NCBI GenBank assembly: GCA_041166385.1
Contig: JBEEFW010000101.1
Span: 27,414 to 51,413 of the forward strand
Length of the DNA stretch: 24,000 nucleotides
Direction: 5' to 3'
Source: Acidimicrobiaceae bacterium
Lineage (GTDB): Bacteria > Actinomycetota > Acidimicrobiia > Acidimicrobiales > JACDCH01
The notes beneath the pieces were generated by a model. The model saw only the letters and a list, made by a program, of their open reading frames with translations. It was not told the origin of the DNA and searched no databases. Made by a program: the position numbers and the translations under genes. Shown here one piece after another: positions 1 to 7,435 of the stretch (the first letter of the stretch is position 1; every line of letters starts with the position of its first letter).

Positions 1-492
1 GCACGGTGCCTGCCATACGCGACCGTGGTGCTCACGCGACGCCTGACGATCGCCTTCGACACCGCGGTAGCCGACGATCGCCTCGTCGATCGGTTGCTTG
101 GGCACGCCCCCACCCGACGCAAACACACCCGCGACCGAGCCCTCGCTCCGCGGCGCGCCGGCTCCGAGCGCATGGATCGAACGGGCGGCGAGTAACAGGT
201 GGTGGCTCGTTCGGTGCACGATTGCCAGAAGCTCGTCGTCGGGGGCCGTGATGTTGTCGAGCTGATCGACTGCGGCTGCGTAAGTGGTGGCGCTGTCGAG
301 GCCAGCGGCGAGTGCGGCGTGCTCAGTCGCGGAGAGTTGGTCAGGCGCGGGTCGCGTCGCGAGTACGGATTCATCGACGCCGGTGGCGGCCCATCGCCAG
401 CGAACGGCCATCGTCGCGATCGAGCGGCGGGTGTCGAGACGGTTGTAGTGAGCGCCGTCGAAACGGCACTCATCGCACGTCTCGACGGTCAA
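1..492 (-). CDS. MOSC domain-containing protein with a helical DinB-like N-terminal region; partial (C-terminus lies beyond the window start)
   Basis: Not in the ORF track because it has no stop inside the window. Hand translation of the minus strand from TTG 492 gives TVETCDECRFDGAHYN...IVHRTSHHLLLAARSI...GVFASGGGVPKQPIDEAIVGYRGVEGDRQASREHHGRVWQA with mostly G/C third positions. The last ~45 aa look like the start of a YiiM-type MOSC domain (GG.PK.P...V...G..GD.Q....HGG). TTG 492 overlaps the TGA of the upstream WS/DGAT gene (TTGA). ATG 411 is an alternative start. Confidence 0.5.
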   Translation of the reverse strand, partial: MTVETCDECRFDGAHYNRLDTRRSIATMAVRWRWAATGVDESVLATRPAPDQLSATEHAALAAGLDSATTYAAAVDQLDNITAPDDELLAIVHRTSHHLLLAARSIHALGAGAPRSEGSVAGVFASGGGVPKQPIDEAIVGYRGVEGDRQASREHHGRVWQAPC

Positions 493-1886
493 GCGGTCGA
501 TGCCTTCTTCAGCTCCTCGAGCGCCGTGCCGAGACCATCGGCGAGCGACCACACGTCAGGGATCAGATCCGCGCACGCGACGAGCCCGAAGTCGAGTTGG
601 TCGAGGTAGCTCATCACCGTGATGTTGAGGCCGCCACCATCGAAGATCGGGCCCATCGGGTAGTTCGCGACCATGCGCGCGCCGTTGGAGTAGAGCGGGA
701 ACGGTGGGCCGGGGATGTTCGAGATGGTGACGTTGAACAGAGGGCGGTGACGATCGGCCATCTTCGTGCGCGAATACAGACGGGCGGCCCGGCCGGCGAG
801 CGCCGGCGCGGCGAACTCGGCCCAATCGGTGAGTGAATCCGCGCCGATCGCATTGAGTTGGCTCTTGGCCTGTTGCGTGCCGTCATGGATCGCCTGGAGG
901 CGCTTCACCGGATCATCGATGTCGGTGGCGAGCGAGCACAGCATCTGCGACACCTGGTTGCCGAGCGTTCCCTGCTGCTCCTCGGTTCGGACCGACACCG
1001 GCACCATCGCGACGAGCGGGGCATCAGGATGCTCGTCCTGGCTGTCCAGGTAGTGGCGCAACGAGCCGGCGCACAGCGCGAGCACGACGTCGTTGACCGA
1101 CACGCCGTGGGCGTTCTTCACGGATTTCACGTCGGTGAGGGACACCGACGTCATTGCGAAGTTCCGGTGCGGCGTGAGGGACACGTTGAACGACGTGCGC
1201 GGCGCCGCGAAGAAACCCGGCGGCGGGTCGACGTCGGGCTGGCTGTTGCGCTGCCGGGTTCGCAGCGCGGTCTGCGCCGTACGGCGGAGTGTCTTCGCGA
1301 GGCGGTACGGCTGACGGGCGAGCGAGTTTGCCGCGTACCCGAGGCGTTCGACCTCGGTCGGGATGCGATCGGGATGCCACTCCTCCTCCGGCGGCGGCGC
1401 TTCGTCGTCGGGACTGAGTTGCAGCATTGCCACGGTGATCTCGTTGCCCGACACGCCGTCGATCGCCGCGTGATGCACCTTGGTGAGCACTGCGACGTGT
1501 CCGTTCTCCAAACCCTCGATAGCCCAGCACTCCCACAGCGGGCGGCTGCGATCGAGCTGGATCGTCACCAGATGACTCGCGAGATCAGCGAGCTCGCGGG
1601 CACCACCCGGCTGTGGTACGGCGATGTGGCGCAAGTGGTAGTCGAGATCGAAGTCGGGGTCCTCCACCCAAAGCGGATGGTGGAGACCCATCGGAATCTC
1701 GACGAGACGGCGACGGAACGGCGCCGCGAGATGGAGGCGCGACGCGTAGAAGTCGCGCATGTCGTCCATCGAGAAGCCACCCTCGACGGTTGACGGGTCG
1801 AGAATCATGAGGCCGGCCACGTGCATGTATGAGGAAGGCGTTTCCATGTACAGGAACGTGGCGTCCATTCCGGTCAGACGTTGCAT
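489..1886 (-). CDS. wax ester synthase / diacylglycerol O-acyltransferase (WS/DGAT, Tgs/AtfA family)
   Basis: 465-aa ORF. It has the N-terminal MDATFLYMETP, the catalytic HHAAIDGVSG (HHxxxDG) and the C-terminal SNIPGPPFPLY motif typical of WS/DGAT. Confidence 0.9.
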   Translation of the reverse strand: MQRLTGMDATFLYMETPSSYMHVAGLMILDPSTVEGGFSMDDMRDFYASRLHLAAPFRRRLVEIPMGLHHPLWVEDPDFDLDYHLRHIAVPQPGGARELADLASHLVTIQLDRSRPLWECWAIEGLENGHVAVLTKVHHAAIDGVSGNEITVAMLQLSPDDEAPPPEEEWHPDRIPTEVERLGYAANSLARQPYRLAKTLRRTAQTALRTRQRNSQPDVDPPPGFFAAPRTSFNVSLTPHRNFAMTSVSLTDVKSVKNAHGVSVNDVVLALCAGSLRHYLDSQDEHPDAPLVAMVPVSVRTEEQQGTLGNQVSQMLCSLATDIDDPVKRLQAIHDGTQQAKSQLNAIGADSLTDWAEFAAPALAGRAARLYSRTKMADRHRPLFNVTISNIPGPPFPLYSNGARMVANYPMGPIFDGGGLNITVMSYLDQLDFGLVACADLIPDVWSLADGLGTALEELKKASTA

Positions 1887-1940
1887 GAGTCCCGAGTCTT
1901 CACAGGACGACCTCGCAGCGCAACCCCTTGACGGCTTGGA

Positions 1941-2171
1941 TCACTTGTCGACGGCGAAGTGGGGCGCGCCGTCCACAACCTGCAGCGTTCCCGGCATGCC
2001 CAACAGGTCGAGCTCGTCGACATCGAGACCGGTGGCGCGCACCGCGACGACGTCACCTTTGTGCTCGCCGCCGATGATCGTGATCTCGAGCGCAAGCGCG
2101 TCGCCGTCCGCCATCGCGTCGACCACCACCACGTCGTACGCACCGTCAGGCAATCGAAACACGTCTGTCAT
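1941..2171 (-). CDS. hypothetical small acidic protein (76 aa)
   Basis: High GC3 throughout. ATG 2171 is preceded on its own strand by AAGAGGTGAC (Shine-Dalgarno-like). It lies 54 nt upstream of the WS/DGAT gene on the same strand. No recognisable motif. Confidence 0.6.
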   Translation of the reverse strand: MTDVFRLPDGAYDVVVVDAMADGDALALEITIIGGEHKGDVVAVRATGLDVDELDLLGMPGTLQVVDGAPHFAVDK

Positions 2172-2234
2172 GTCACCTCTTTGTGATTCGCGAGTCCAAC
2201 AGCGTTGACAGCTACTAACCCCTTGGAGGATTCC

Positions 2235-2561
2235 ATGTACGACTTCGCTGTCGTAGCACTGCTGGCTCTTGGTGTCGTGAAGGTCGTGGACTTTCTCGCT
2301 GACAGCATCGGCCAGTTGACCCGAATGCGCTCGGTCCTGACGTTCCTTGGGGGACTAGGGGCCGTGTGGGCGTTGGACTACTCGCTGTTCGACCGGTTCG
2401 ACATCGCCGTTCGTACGCGTACGACCGGCGTCTGGATGACCGGCTTCATGGTGTGCGGTGCGACCGTTGCGTGGCGGGCGATGTTCGCTTGGCTCACGCA
2501 CGACCGGGCCGCGGGTGACGAGACCCTCGGCGTGCACACCGGCCTGCGTCGCGCCGCTTAG
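2235..2561 (+). CDS. hypothetical small membrane protein (about 3 TM segments)
   Basis: Hydrophobic segments FAVVALLALGVVKVV, VLTFLGGLGAVWAL and GVWMTGFMVCGATVAW. ATG 2235 is preceded by GGAGGA (2225-2230). The ORF-track start (TTG 2205) is probably an upstream extension. Confidence 0.6.
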   Translation: MYDFAVVALLALGVVKVVDFLADSIGQLTRMRSVLTFLGGLGAVWALDYSLFDRFDIAVRTRTTGVWMTGFMVCGATVAWRAMFAWLTHDRAAGDETLGVHTGLRRAA

Positions 2562-2564
2562 GCG

Positions 2565-4037
2565 TCACTCACCAGTTGCGTTGATGGCGCCGGCATCGCC
2601 GGCGCCATCGGCGCGTTCATCTATCCGATCGGCGGGCGACTTGCCGGAGTCAACTTCGTTGTATGTCCAGTCGGGTTGCTTGCGAAGTTGGCGCTCGTCG
2701 ATGAGCACGGCTTCGCCCTGCAGGTCGAGGATCTCCGCGATGGGAAAGCTGTCGACTGGCTCGGTCGTGCCGTCGGCGTGGGCGCGGAACTGGCCGTGGA
2801 ACTCGGCGATGATGCTGCGCACCACGGTCTGATGTTGTTGAGCGAGGAAGCACCGCGCGCCGTCGGTGACGGTGTCGAGCTTCTCGAGCACCACGTCGAG
2901 ATCCTCAGGTTCCCCGTCAGACCGGCGCATGCGGTCGAGCCCGGCGGCGATGCTCTTGCCATCGTCCTTGCACGGCGTGCACTGCCCGCACGACTCCACC
3001 GCCAAGAACCGGGAGACACCGTGAGCGACGGCGACGAAATCGGTGTCGTCGTCGAATACGAGGAATCCACACGATCCGAGTCCGCTGCCCGCAGCGGCCA
3101 TGTCTTCGTACGTGAGCGGCACGTCGAGATGCTCCGCAGTCAGGATCGCGTTGGAGACACCGCCGAGCACGGCGACGATGTCCCGCCCCTTGCGTGGTCC
3201 GCCAGCGATGATGTGGATCGCATCGCGCAGGGTGGTCCCCATCGGGATCTCGCCCACCGCATCGCGCTGCACAGCCCCACTGATGGTGCACACGATCGTG
3301 CCCGGCGACTTCTCGGTGCCGACTTCACGGAACCATTCAGTGCCGCGCGCCGCGATCGCTGGGAGGTTGGCCACGGTCTCGACGTTGTTCACGAGCGTGG
3401 GAGCGACGTCGGTCGCCTCGGCGCCCTCGTCCACTCCTTGCCGCCAAGGCGGCGCGACCCGCGGGAACGGTTCGCGGCCGTCGATCACTTCGAGCAACGC
3501 CGTCTCTTCGCCGTATAGGTACGACGCCGGACCTTGCTCGACATCGATGTTGATGCCGTCCGCCCACCCCGCAGCCTTGATCTCGTCGATCGCGCGGCGT
3601 AGGCCCGCAAGCTCCTTCTCGAACGACGCCTTCAATCCGAAGATGATCCAGTTCCCGCCGACTGCGGATGCCGCGATGAGCGCACCCTCGACCACTTGAT
3701 AGGGGTTGTGGCGGAGGATCGCTCGATCCTTGAACGTGCCGGGCTCGCCCTCGGCGGCGTTGATCACGACGGGCGTCGTGAGCCCGTTGGTGTGGTACTC
3801 GAGCACGGTGCGCCATTTGGTCGCCGTCGGGAATCCGGCTCCGCCGCGACCGCGCAGGCCCGCCGCGTCCACCGTCGCCACGAGGGCCTCCGAGCCCATG
3901 CGCCGGGCGGCGTCGAGGCCCTGACCTCCGCCCTGTTCGATCCATAGCTTCAGCGAGGTCACCGGGCTGCCAGCGAGCAGCCGTTCATGGGTCATGGTTT
4001 TTGCCACAGACCGGTGTTCCCCGAGGGCAGGGCTCAC
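2565..4037 (-). CDS. stand-alone NuoF-like (51-kDa subunit family) NAD(H)/FMN/4Fe-4S protein
   Basis: Motifs: GRGGAGFPTATKW (FMN loop), NAAEGEPGTFKDR (NADH site), and ESCGQCTPCKDDG plus a downstream Cys (GARCFLAQQ) as N3-type cluster ligands. No other nuo genes are nearby. The last ~80 aa form a motif-less acidic tail. GTG 4037 overlaps the upstream TGA (GTGA). ATG 3995 is an alternative start. Confidence 0.85.
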   Translation of the reverse strand: MSPALGEHRSVAKTMTHERLLAGSPVTSLKLWIEQGGGQGLDAARRMGSEALVATVDAAGLRGRGGAGFPTATKWRTVLEYHTNGLTTPVVINAAEGEPGTFKDRAILRHNPYQVVEGALIAASAVGGNWIIFGLKASFEKELAGLRRAIDEIKAAGWADGINIDVEQGPASYLYGEETALLEVIDGREPFPRVAPPWRQGVDEGAEATDVAPTLVNNVETVANLPAIAARGTEWFREVGTEKSPGTIVCTISGAVQRDAVGEIPMGTTLRDAIHIIAGGPRKGRDIVAVLGGVSNAILTAEHLDVPLTYEDMAAAGSGLGSCGFLVFDDDTDFVAVAHGVSRFLAVESCGQCTPCKDDGKSIAAGLDRMRRSDGEPEDLDVVLEKLDTVTDGARCFLAQQHQTVVRSIIAEFHGQFRAHADGTTEPVDSFPIAEILDLQGEAVLIDERQLRKQPDWTYNEVDSGKSPADRIDERADGAGDAGAINATGE

Positions 4038-4762
4038 AAGTCGTCGATGCGCTTGAAGCCCTCTCCATAGGCCATGCCGGCCGTGCGGCCAAAGGTCGCC
4101 AGCCCGTCGAGTACGCGCCGTCGGAAGCGCTCGCGCTGCGCGTCTTCGTCAGCCGCGCCCACCTCGATGTGCATCGTTGACCGCAGCTGTGTCCGGTGCT
4201 CGAGCAACGCGGCGAGCTTCGCGTCGACGAACGGCGTGACATCTTCGACGTGATCGACCTCGTCGGCCTCCCACAACAGCAGCGTGGACGGACGCCAGTG
4301 GTCGATCCCCTGTTCAGGAAAGAAGTGCGGATCGCGGGCCGCGACGATGCCGTCGACGGCGAGCTGACCGGCATGGCGGTGGTCGGGGTGCAGGCGGTAG
4401 CGCCGCCATGGGTCGTGACCGAGCACGACCTCAGGTTTCAGCTCACGGATGACGCGGGCGACCTGTTCGCGCTCGACCAGTCCGGACTGCAGCTCGCCGT
4501 CGACATGTCCCAGGAACACCACGTCGCCGGTCGCGCCGAGTGCCTTCGCCGCGGCGCGCTGCTCGTCTTGCCGGAGTGCGACGAGCGCGACGATGTCGTC
4601 GCTCGGATCCCACGAACCCTTCGATCCATCCGTGCACACGAGGTGATGGACGACGCACCCACGCGCGGCCCACTTCGCGAGGGTGCCACCGCAACCGAAC
4701 TCGACGTCGTCGGCATGTGCGGCGATGGCCAATGCCGAGGCCGGCGTCGCGAGGTCACGCAT
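4034..4762 (-). CDS. PIG-L/LmbE family deacetylase (MshB/Mca-like fold)
   Basis: Motifs AIAAHADDVEFGCGGTLAKW and HPDHRHAG are the PIG-L metal-site signatures. ATG 4762 overlaps the end of fbiD by 8 nt. Confidence 0.85.
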   Translation of the reverse strand: MRDLATPASALAIAAHADDVEFGCGGTLAKWAARGCVVHHLVCTDGSKGSWDPSDDIVALVALRQDEQRAAAKALGATGDVVFLGHVDGELQSGLVEREQVARVIRELKPEVVLGHDPWRRYRLHPDHRHAGQLAVDGIVAARDPHFFPEQGIDHWRPSTLLLWEADEVDHVEDVTPFVDAKLAALLEHRTQLRSTMHIEVGAADEDAQRERFRRRVLDGLATFGRTAGMAYGEGFKRIDDL

Positions 4763-5369
4763 CTGTCGGCAGCTCGAGATCTGCGGGCACGTCGACGTCC
4801 CATCCGAGACGAGGGTCGCGCAACACGCGATACGGCAGTCGAAGGCGGTCGGCTTCGTCGCGGTGTCGGGTGAACGAGCCCGGCCCGTACGCGAACGTGA
4901 AGCCGACGCGCGTCGGGATGCAGAGCACGTTCGTGCCGTCGTCGTGCCGGTCGGGGACGAGCGTGATGCCGGCGAACCCGGTGACGCGGGTGAGGTCGTC
5001 GGCCAAGGGGAGGTCGCCGTGCGCGACCACGACCTCGATGGCGTTGTCGTCGCGCGTCAGCTTTTCGACGCCGTCGGTCACGGCGCCGTTCAGGCCGAGC
5101 CCGGGACGCCAGATGACGGCGGCACCATTGGCCTCCGCCCACTCGGCTACCTCACGGTCGTCGCACACCACCGACACGGGCAGCGACCCCGCCGCTGCCA
5201 GTACACGGGTGGCCATCGTGCGGGCCAGCTCGGCGCGTTGTGGCTCCGACAGCGCAGGCGCGAGCCGGACCTTCGCCTGCCGGAACGACTTCACCGGGAC
5301 GAGCACGTGGGTAGCCGCGATGAGACGAAGGCTACGCTGCTCGGAAGTTTCCCGACTTCCCTGCATCAT
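4755..5369 (-). CDS. fbiD: phosphoenolpyruvate/2-phospho-L-lactate guanylyltransferase (FbiD/CofC, F420 biosynthesis)
   Basis: CofC-type N-terminus HVLVPVKSFRQAKVRL followed by GLNGAVTDG. Length is about 200 aa. Start chosen at ATGATG (5369/5366). The longer track ORF (to 5453) reads through the repeat element. Confidence 0.8.
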   Translation of the reverse strand: MMQGSRETSEQRSLRLIAATHVLVPVKSFRQAKVRLAPALSEPQRAELARTMATRVLAAAGSLPVSVVCDDREVAEWAEANGAAVIWRPGLGLNGAVTDGVEKLTRDDNAIEVVVAHGDLPLADDLTRVTGFAGITLVPDRHDDGTNVLCIPTRVGFTFAYGPGSFTRHRDEADRLRLPYRVLRDPRLGWDVDVPADLELPTDA

Positions 5370-5372
5370 CTT

Positions 5373-5431
5373 GTTCTTGCGCTGTCTGGCCACCGTATGA
5401 GGGGTTGAGCAGCGCAATTTCACAGGGAAGG
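5373..5431. repeat. left copy of a ~59-bp repeat containing a 41-nt hairpin element (5377-5417)
   Basis: GTTCTTGCGCTG-tctgg-CCACCGTATGAGGGGT-tgag-CAGCGCAATTTCacaGGGAaGG. The stem is TTGCGCTG/CAGCGCAA. Compare with 6353-6411. Confidence 0.85.
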
Positions 5432-5439
5432 GGTGGCTC

Positions 5440-6369
5440 GTGGCCGACTCCATGTCGCGAGCGCTCGTTGTTGCTCAACGGCAACAGGGCGTGATCACAC
5501 GCACACAGGCGCTCGAAGCCGGACTGCACAGGCGCGCGATCGACCGACTGATCGCGGGCGGGCGTTGGGAGATCGTGGCCCGTGGCGTCTACCGCGTGCT
5601 CGGATCGCCGAGAAGTTGGGAACAGCGTGCGCTCGGCCTGGTTCTCGCTGCGGGTGACGATGCCGTCGTATCGCACCGATCGGCGGCGCACGTGTACGGC
5701 CTTGATGGATTCGGACCACCCGGCCGCATCGAGATCACGACTGCGCGTCATCGCCGCCATTCGATTGTTGGAGCCACCGTGCACGAGTCACTCGATCCGC
5801 ACTTGCTCGGAACGCGTCTTCGTCACGGCATTCCTGTGACAGGGCCGGCGCGCACGATTCTCGATGTGTGCTGGGTGGCCGACGACGATCTCACCGCGCT
5901 CGGAGCGCTCGACGAGATGTTGCGACGACGCTTGGTCACGTGGGCGAAGCTGTGGGAGTGCCTCGTCGTTCATGCTCGGCGGGGGCGTAACGGTGTCGCT
6001 CGGTTCCGACGCATCTTGTTGAAGCGGTGGGGCAAACGCGGCCCCCGCGGGGTCTTCGTCCGAACGGTGCAGTCATTGCTCGACGATGCTGGACTGCCAG
6101 AGCCCATCGCAGAACACGGGGTGAAGCTCAGCAACGCGAACTACCGCCTCGATCTCGCCTATCCAGACGCGATGGTCGCCATCGAGCTGGACGACAAGGA
6201 GTCACATCTCACCGACAAGGCCTTTGAGGAGGATCCTGTTCGAGAGAACCGTCTCAAGCTCGCGGGGTGGCTGGTGCTTCGATACACGTGGGATCGTCTC
6301 ATCAACGAGCCGAACGTCATCGTCGACGAAGTGCGGGAGGCGCTGCGCGTTCGTTCTTGCGCTGCCTGA
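5440..6369 (+). CDS. AbiEi_4-like wHTH plus DUF559 (Vsr-like endonuclease fold) protein
   Basis: N-terminal GVITRTQALEAGLHRRAIDRLIAGGRWEIVARGVYRV. C-terminal LDLAYPDAMVAIELDDKESH...LKLAGWLVLRYTWDRL, typical of actinobacterial DUF559 proteins. GTG 5440 is preceded by GGGAAGGGG. ATG 5452 is an alternative start. A/T-ending codons are noticeably more frequent than in the neighbouring genes. Confidence 0.85.
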   Translation: MADSMSRALVVAQRQQGVITRTQALEAGLHRRAIDRLIAGGRWEIVARGVYRVLGSPRSWEQRALGLVLAAGDDAVVSHRSAAHVYGLDGFGPPGRIEITTARHRRHSIVGATVHESLDPHLLGTRLRHGIPVTGPARTILDVCWVADDDLTALGALDEMLRRRLVTWAKLWECLVVHARRGRNGVARFRRILLKRWGKRGPRGVFVRTVQSLLDDAGLPEPIAEHGVKLSNANYRLDLAYPDAMVAIELDDKESHLTDKAFEEDPVRENRLKLAGWLVLRYTWDRLINEPNVIVDEVREALRVRSCAA

Positions 6370-6411
6370 CCCCTCATACGGTGGTCAACCGACGCAATTT
6401 CGTGGGACGGC
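6353..6411. repeat. right copy of the ~59-bp repeat (41-nt hairpin element 6357-6397, core inverted relative to the left copy)
   Basis: GTTCTTGCGCTG-cctg-ACCCCTCATACGGTGG-tcaac-CGACGCAATTTCgtgGGGAcGG. It overlaps the last 17 nt of the DUF559 ORF. Confidence 0.85.
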
Positions 6412-6433
6412 CTTCCGCTCTAACCTGCTCGGC

Positions 6434-7435
6434 ATGTCGATCCGGGTGGCGGTCATCGGGGCGGGCTCATGGGGGACAACCGTTGCCCATCTCGCGGCGC
6501 ACAACGCGCCGACCACGCTGTGGGCGCGCAGTCCGGAGCTGGCCGAGGAGATCAGCACGGACCACCACAACAGCAAGTACCTCGAGGGCTACAAGCTCCA
6601 CCAGGATCTGCGGGCGACGAGCACGCTCGAGGAAGCGGTGAGCCTCTCGGACCTGCTCGTGATGGGCATCCCGTCGCACGGGTTCCGCGAGTCGCTCGAA
6701 GCGTGCGCGAAGTGGATACGACCCTGGGTACCGGTCGTGAGCCTCACCAAGGGCCTCGAGGCGGGCACGAAGTTGCGCATGAGCCAAGTGGTGCACGAGG
6801 TGTTGCCTGGTCATCCCGTCGCCGTGCTCACTGGACCGAACCTGGCCAAGGAGATCCTCGCCGGGCAGGCGGCGGCCGCGGTGGTGGCGATGGCCGACGA
6901 CTTCATTGCCTCTGAGTTGCAGAGCATCTTCGCCTCGAGCCTGTTCCGCGTGTACCTCAACCGCGATGTGATCGGTTCGGAGATGGGGGGCGTGTTGAAG
7001 AACGTGATCGCGATCGCGGCGGGTATGGCCGACGGCGTCGGCGCGGGCGACAACACGCGCGCCGCGGTGATGACCCGCGGCCTCGCAGAGATCACACGGC
7101 TCGGCGTGGCGATGGGCGGCGACCCGATGACGTTCGCCGGCCTGGCCGGCATGGGCGACCTGCTCGCCACCTGCATGAGCCAGCAGAGCCGCAATCGCTA
7201 CGTCGGCGAGCAGTTGGGCAAGGGCCGGCCGATCGACGAGATCATCGCGGAGATGAACCAGGTGGCCGAAGGCGTCAAGAGCTGTCGCACGGTGCTCGAA
7301 CTGGCGGACGAGCACGATGTCGAGATGCCGATCGCCGCGTCGGTCGTCGGTGTGGTGCATGGTGGGGATACGGCGTTCGACGCGTATCGCGGGCTGGTCA
7401 GCCGCAAGCCCACACACGAACGTCACCCTGGATGA
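6434..7435 (+). CDS. gpsA: NAD(P)H-dependent glycerol-3-phosphate dehydrogenase
   Basis: MSIRVAVIGAGSWGTT Rossmann start, with LTKGLE, GPNLAKE, VLKNVIAIAAG, GDLLATC and NQVAEGV motifs. Start is ATG 6434. The track start 6224 is an upstream extension. Confidence 0.92.
   Translation: MSIRVAVIGAGSWGTTVAHLAAHNAPTTLWARSPELAEEISTDHHNSKYLEGYKLHQDLRATSTLEEAVSLSDLLVMGIPSHGFRESLEACAKWIRPWVPVVSLTKGLEAGTKLRMSQVVHEVLPGHPVAVLTGPNLAKEILAGQAAAAVVAMADDFIASELQSIFASSLFRVYLNRDVIGSEMGGVLKNVIAIAAGMADGVGAGDNTRAAVMTRGLAEITRLGVAMGGDPMTFAGLAGMGDLLATCMSQQSRNRYVGEQLGKGRPIDEIIAEMNQVAEGVKSCRTVLELADEHDVEMPIAASVVGVVHGGDTAFDAYRGLVSRKPTHERHPG

Noticed and set aside
858-1793. 311-aa plus-strand ORF, plus several shorter ones, lying over the WS/DGAT gene
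   Set aside because: It lies entirely antisense to, or out of frame with, a gene that has clear family motifs. The translation is Arg/His/Val-rich and low-complexity. This is the typical shadow ORF of high-GC DNA.
2205-2210. Perfect TTGACA hexamer upstream of the small membrane protein gene, considered as a -35 element
   Set aside because: No acceptable TAnnnT -10 lies at 16-19 nt spacing, and the ribosome-binding site and ATG follow too closely. A single hexamer match is not evidence of a promoter.
5370-5453. Upstream extensions of several track ORFs: fbiD to 5453, gpsA from 6224, GH38 to 14856, acyl-CoA dehydrogenase to 21821, TIGR00300 gene to 23998, LLM oxidoreductase from 11087
   Set aside because: The extensions are Arg/Ser/Pro-rich, run into neighbouring genes or repeat elements, and precede internal start codons where the family-typical N-termini begin. 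The peptide similarity between the fbiD extension (TPHTVARQRKNK) and ORF 6267-6641 (TPHTVVNRRNF) merely reflects the inverted 41-nt DNA element.
5440-6369. DUF559/AbiEi-like gene considered as half of an AbiE toxin-antitoxin or defence system
   Set aside because: No AbiEii-type nucleotidyltransferase or other partner gene is adjacent. The flanks are the housekeeping genes fbiD and gpsA. The wHTH + DUF559 fusion is a common stand-alone actinobacterial architecture.
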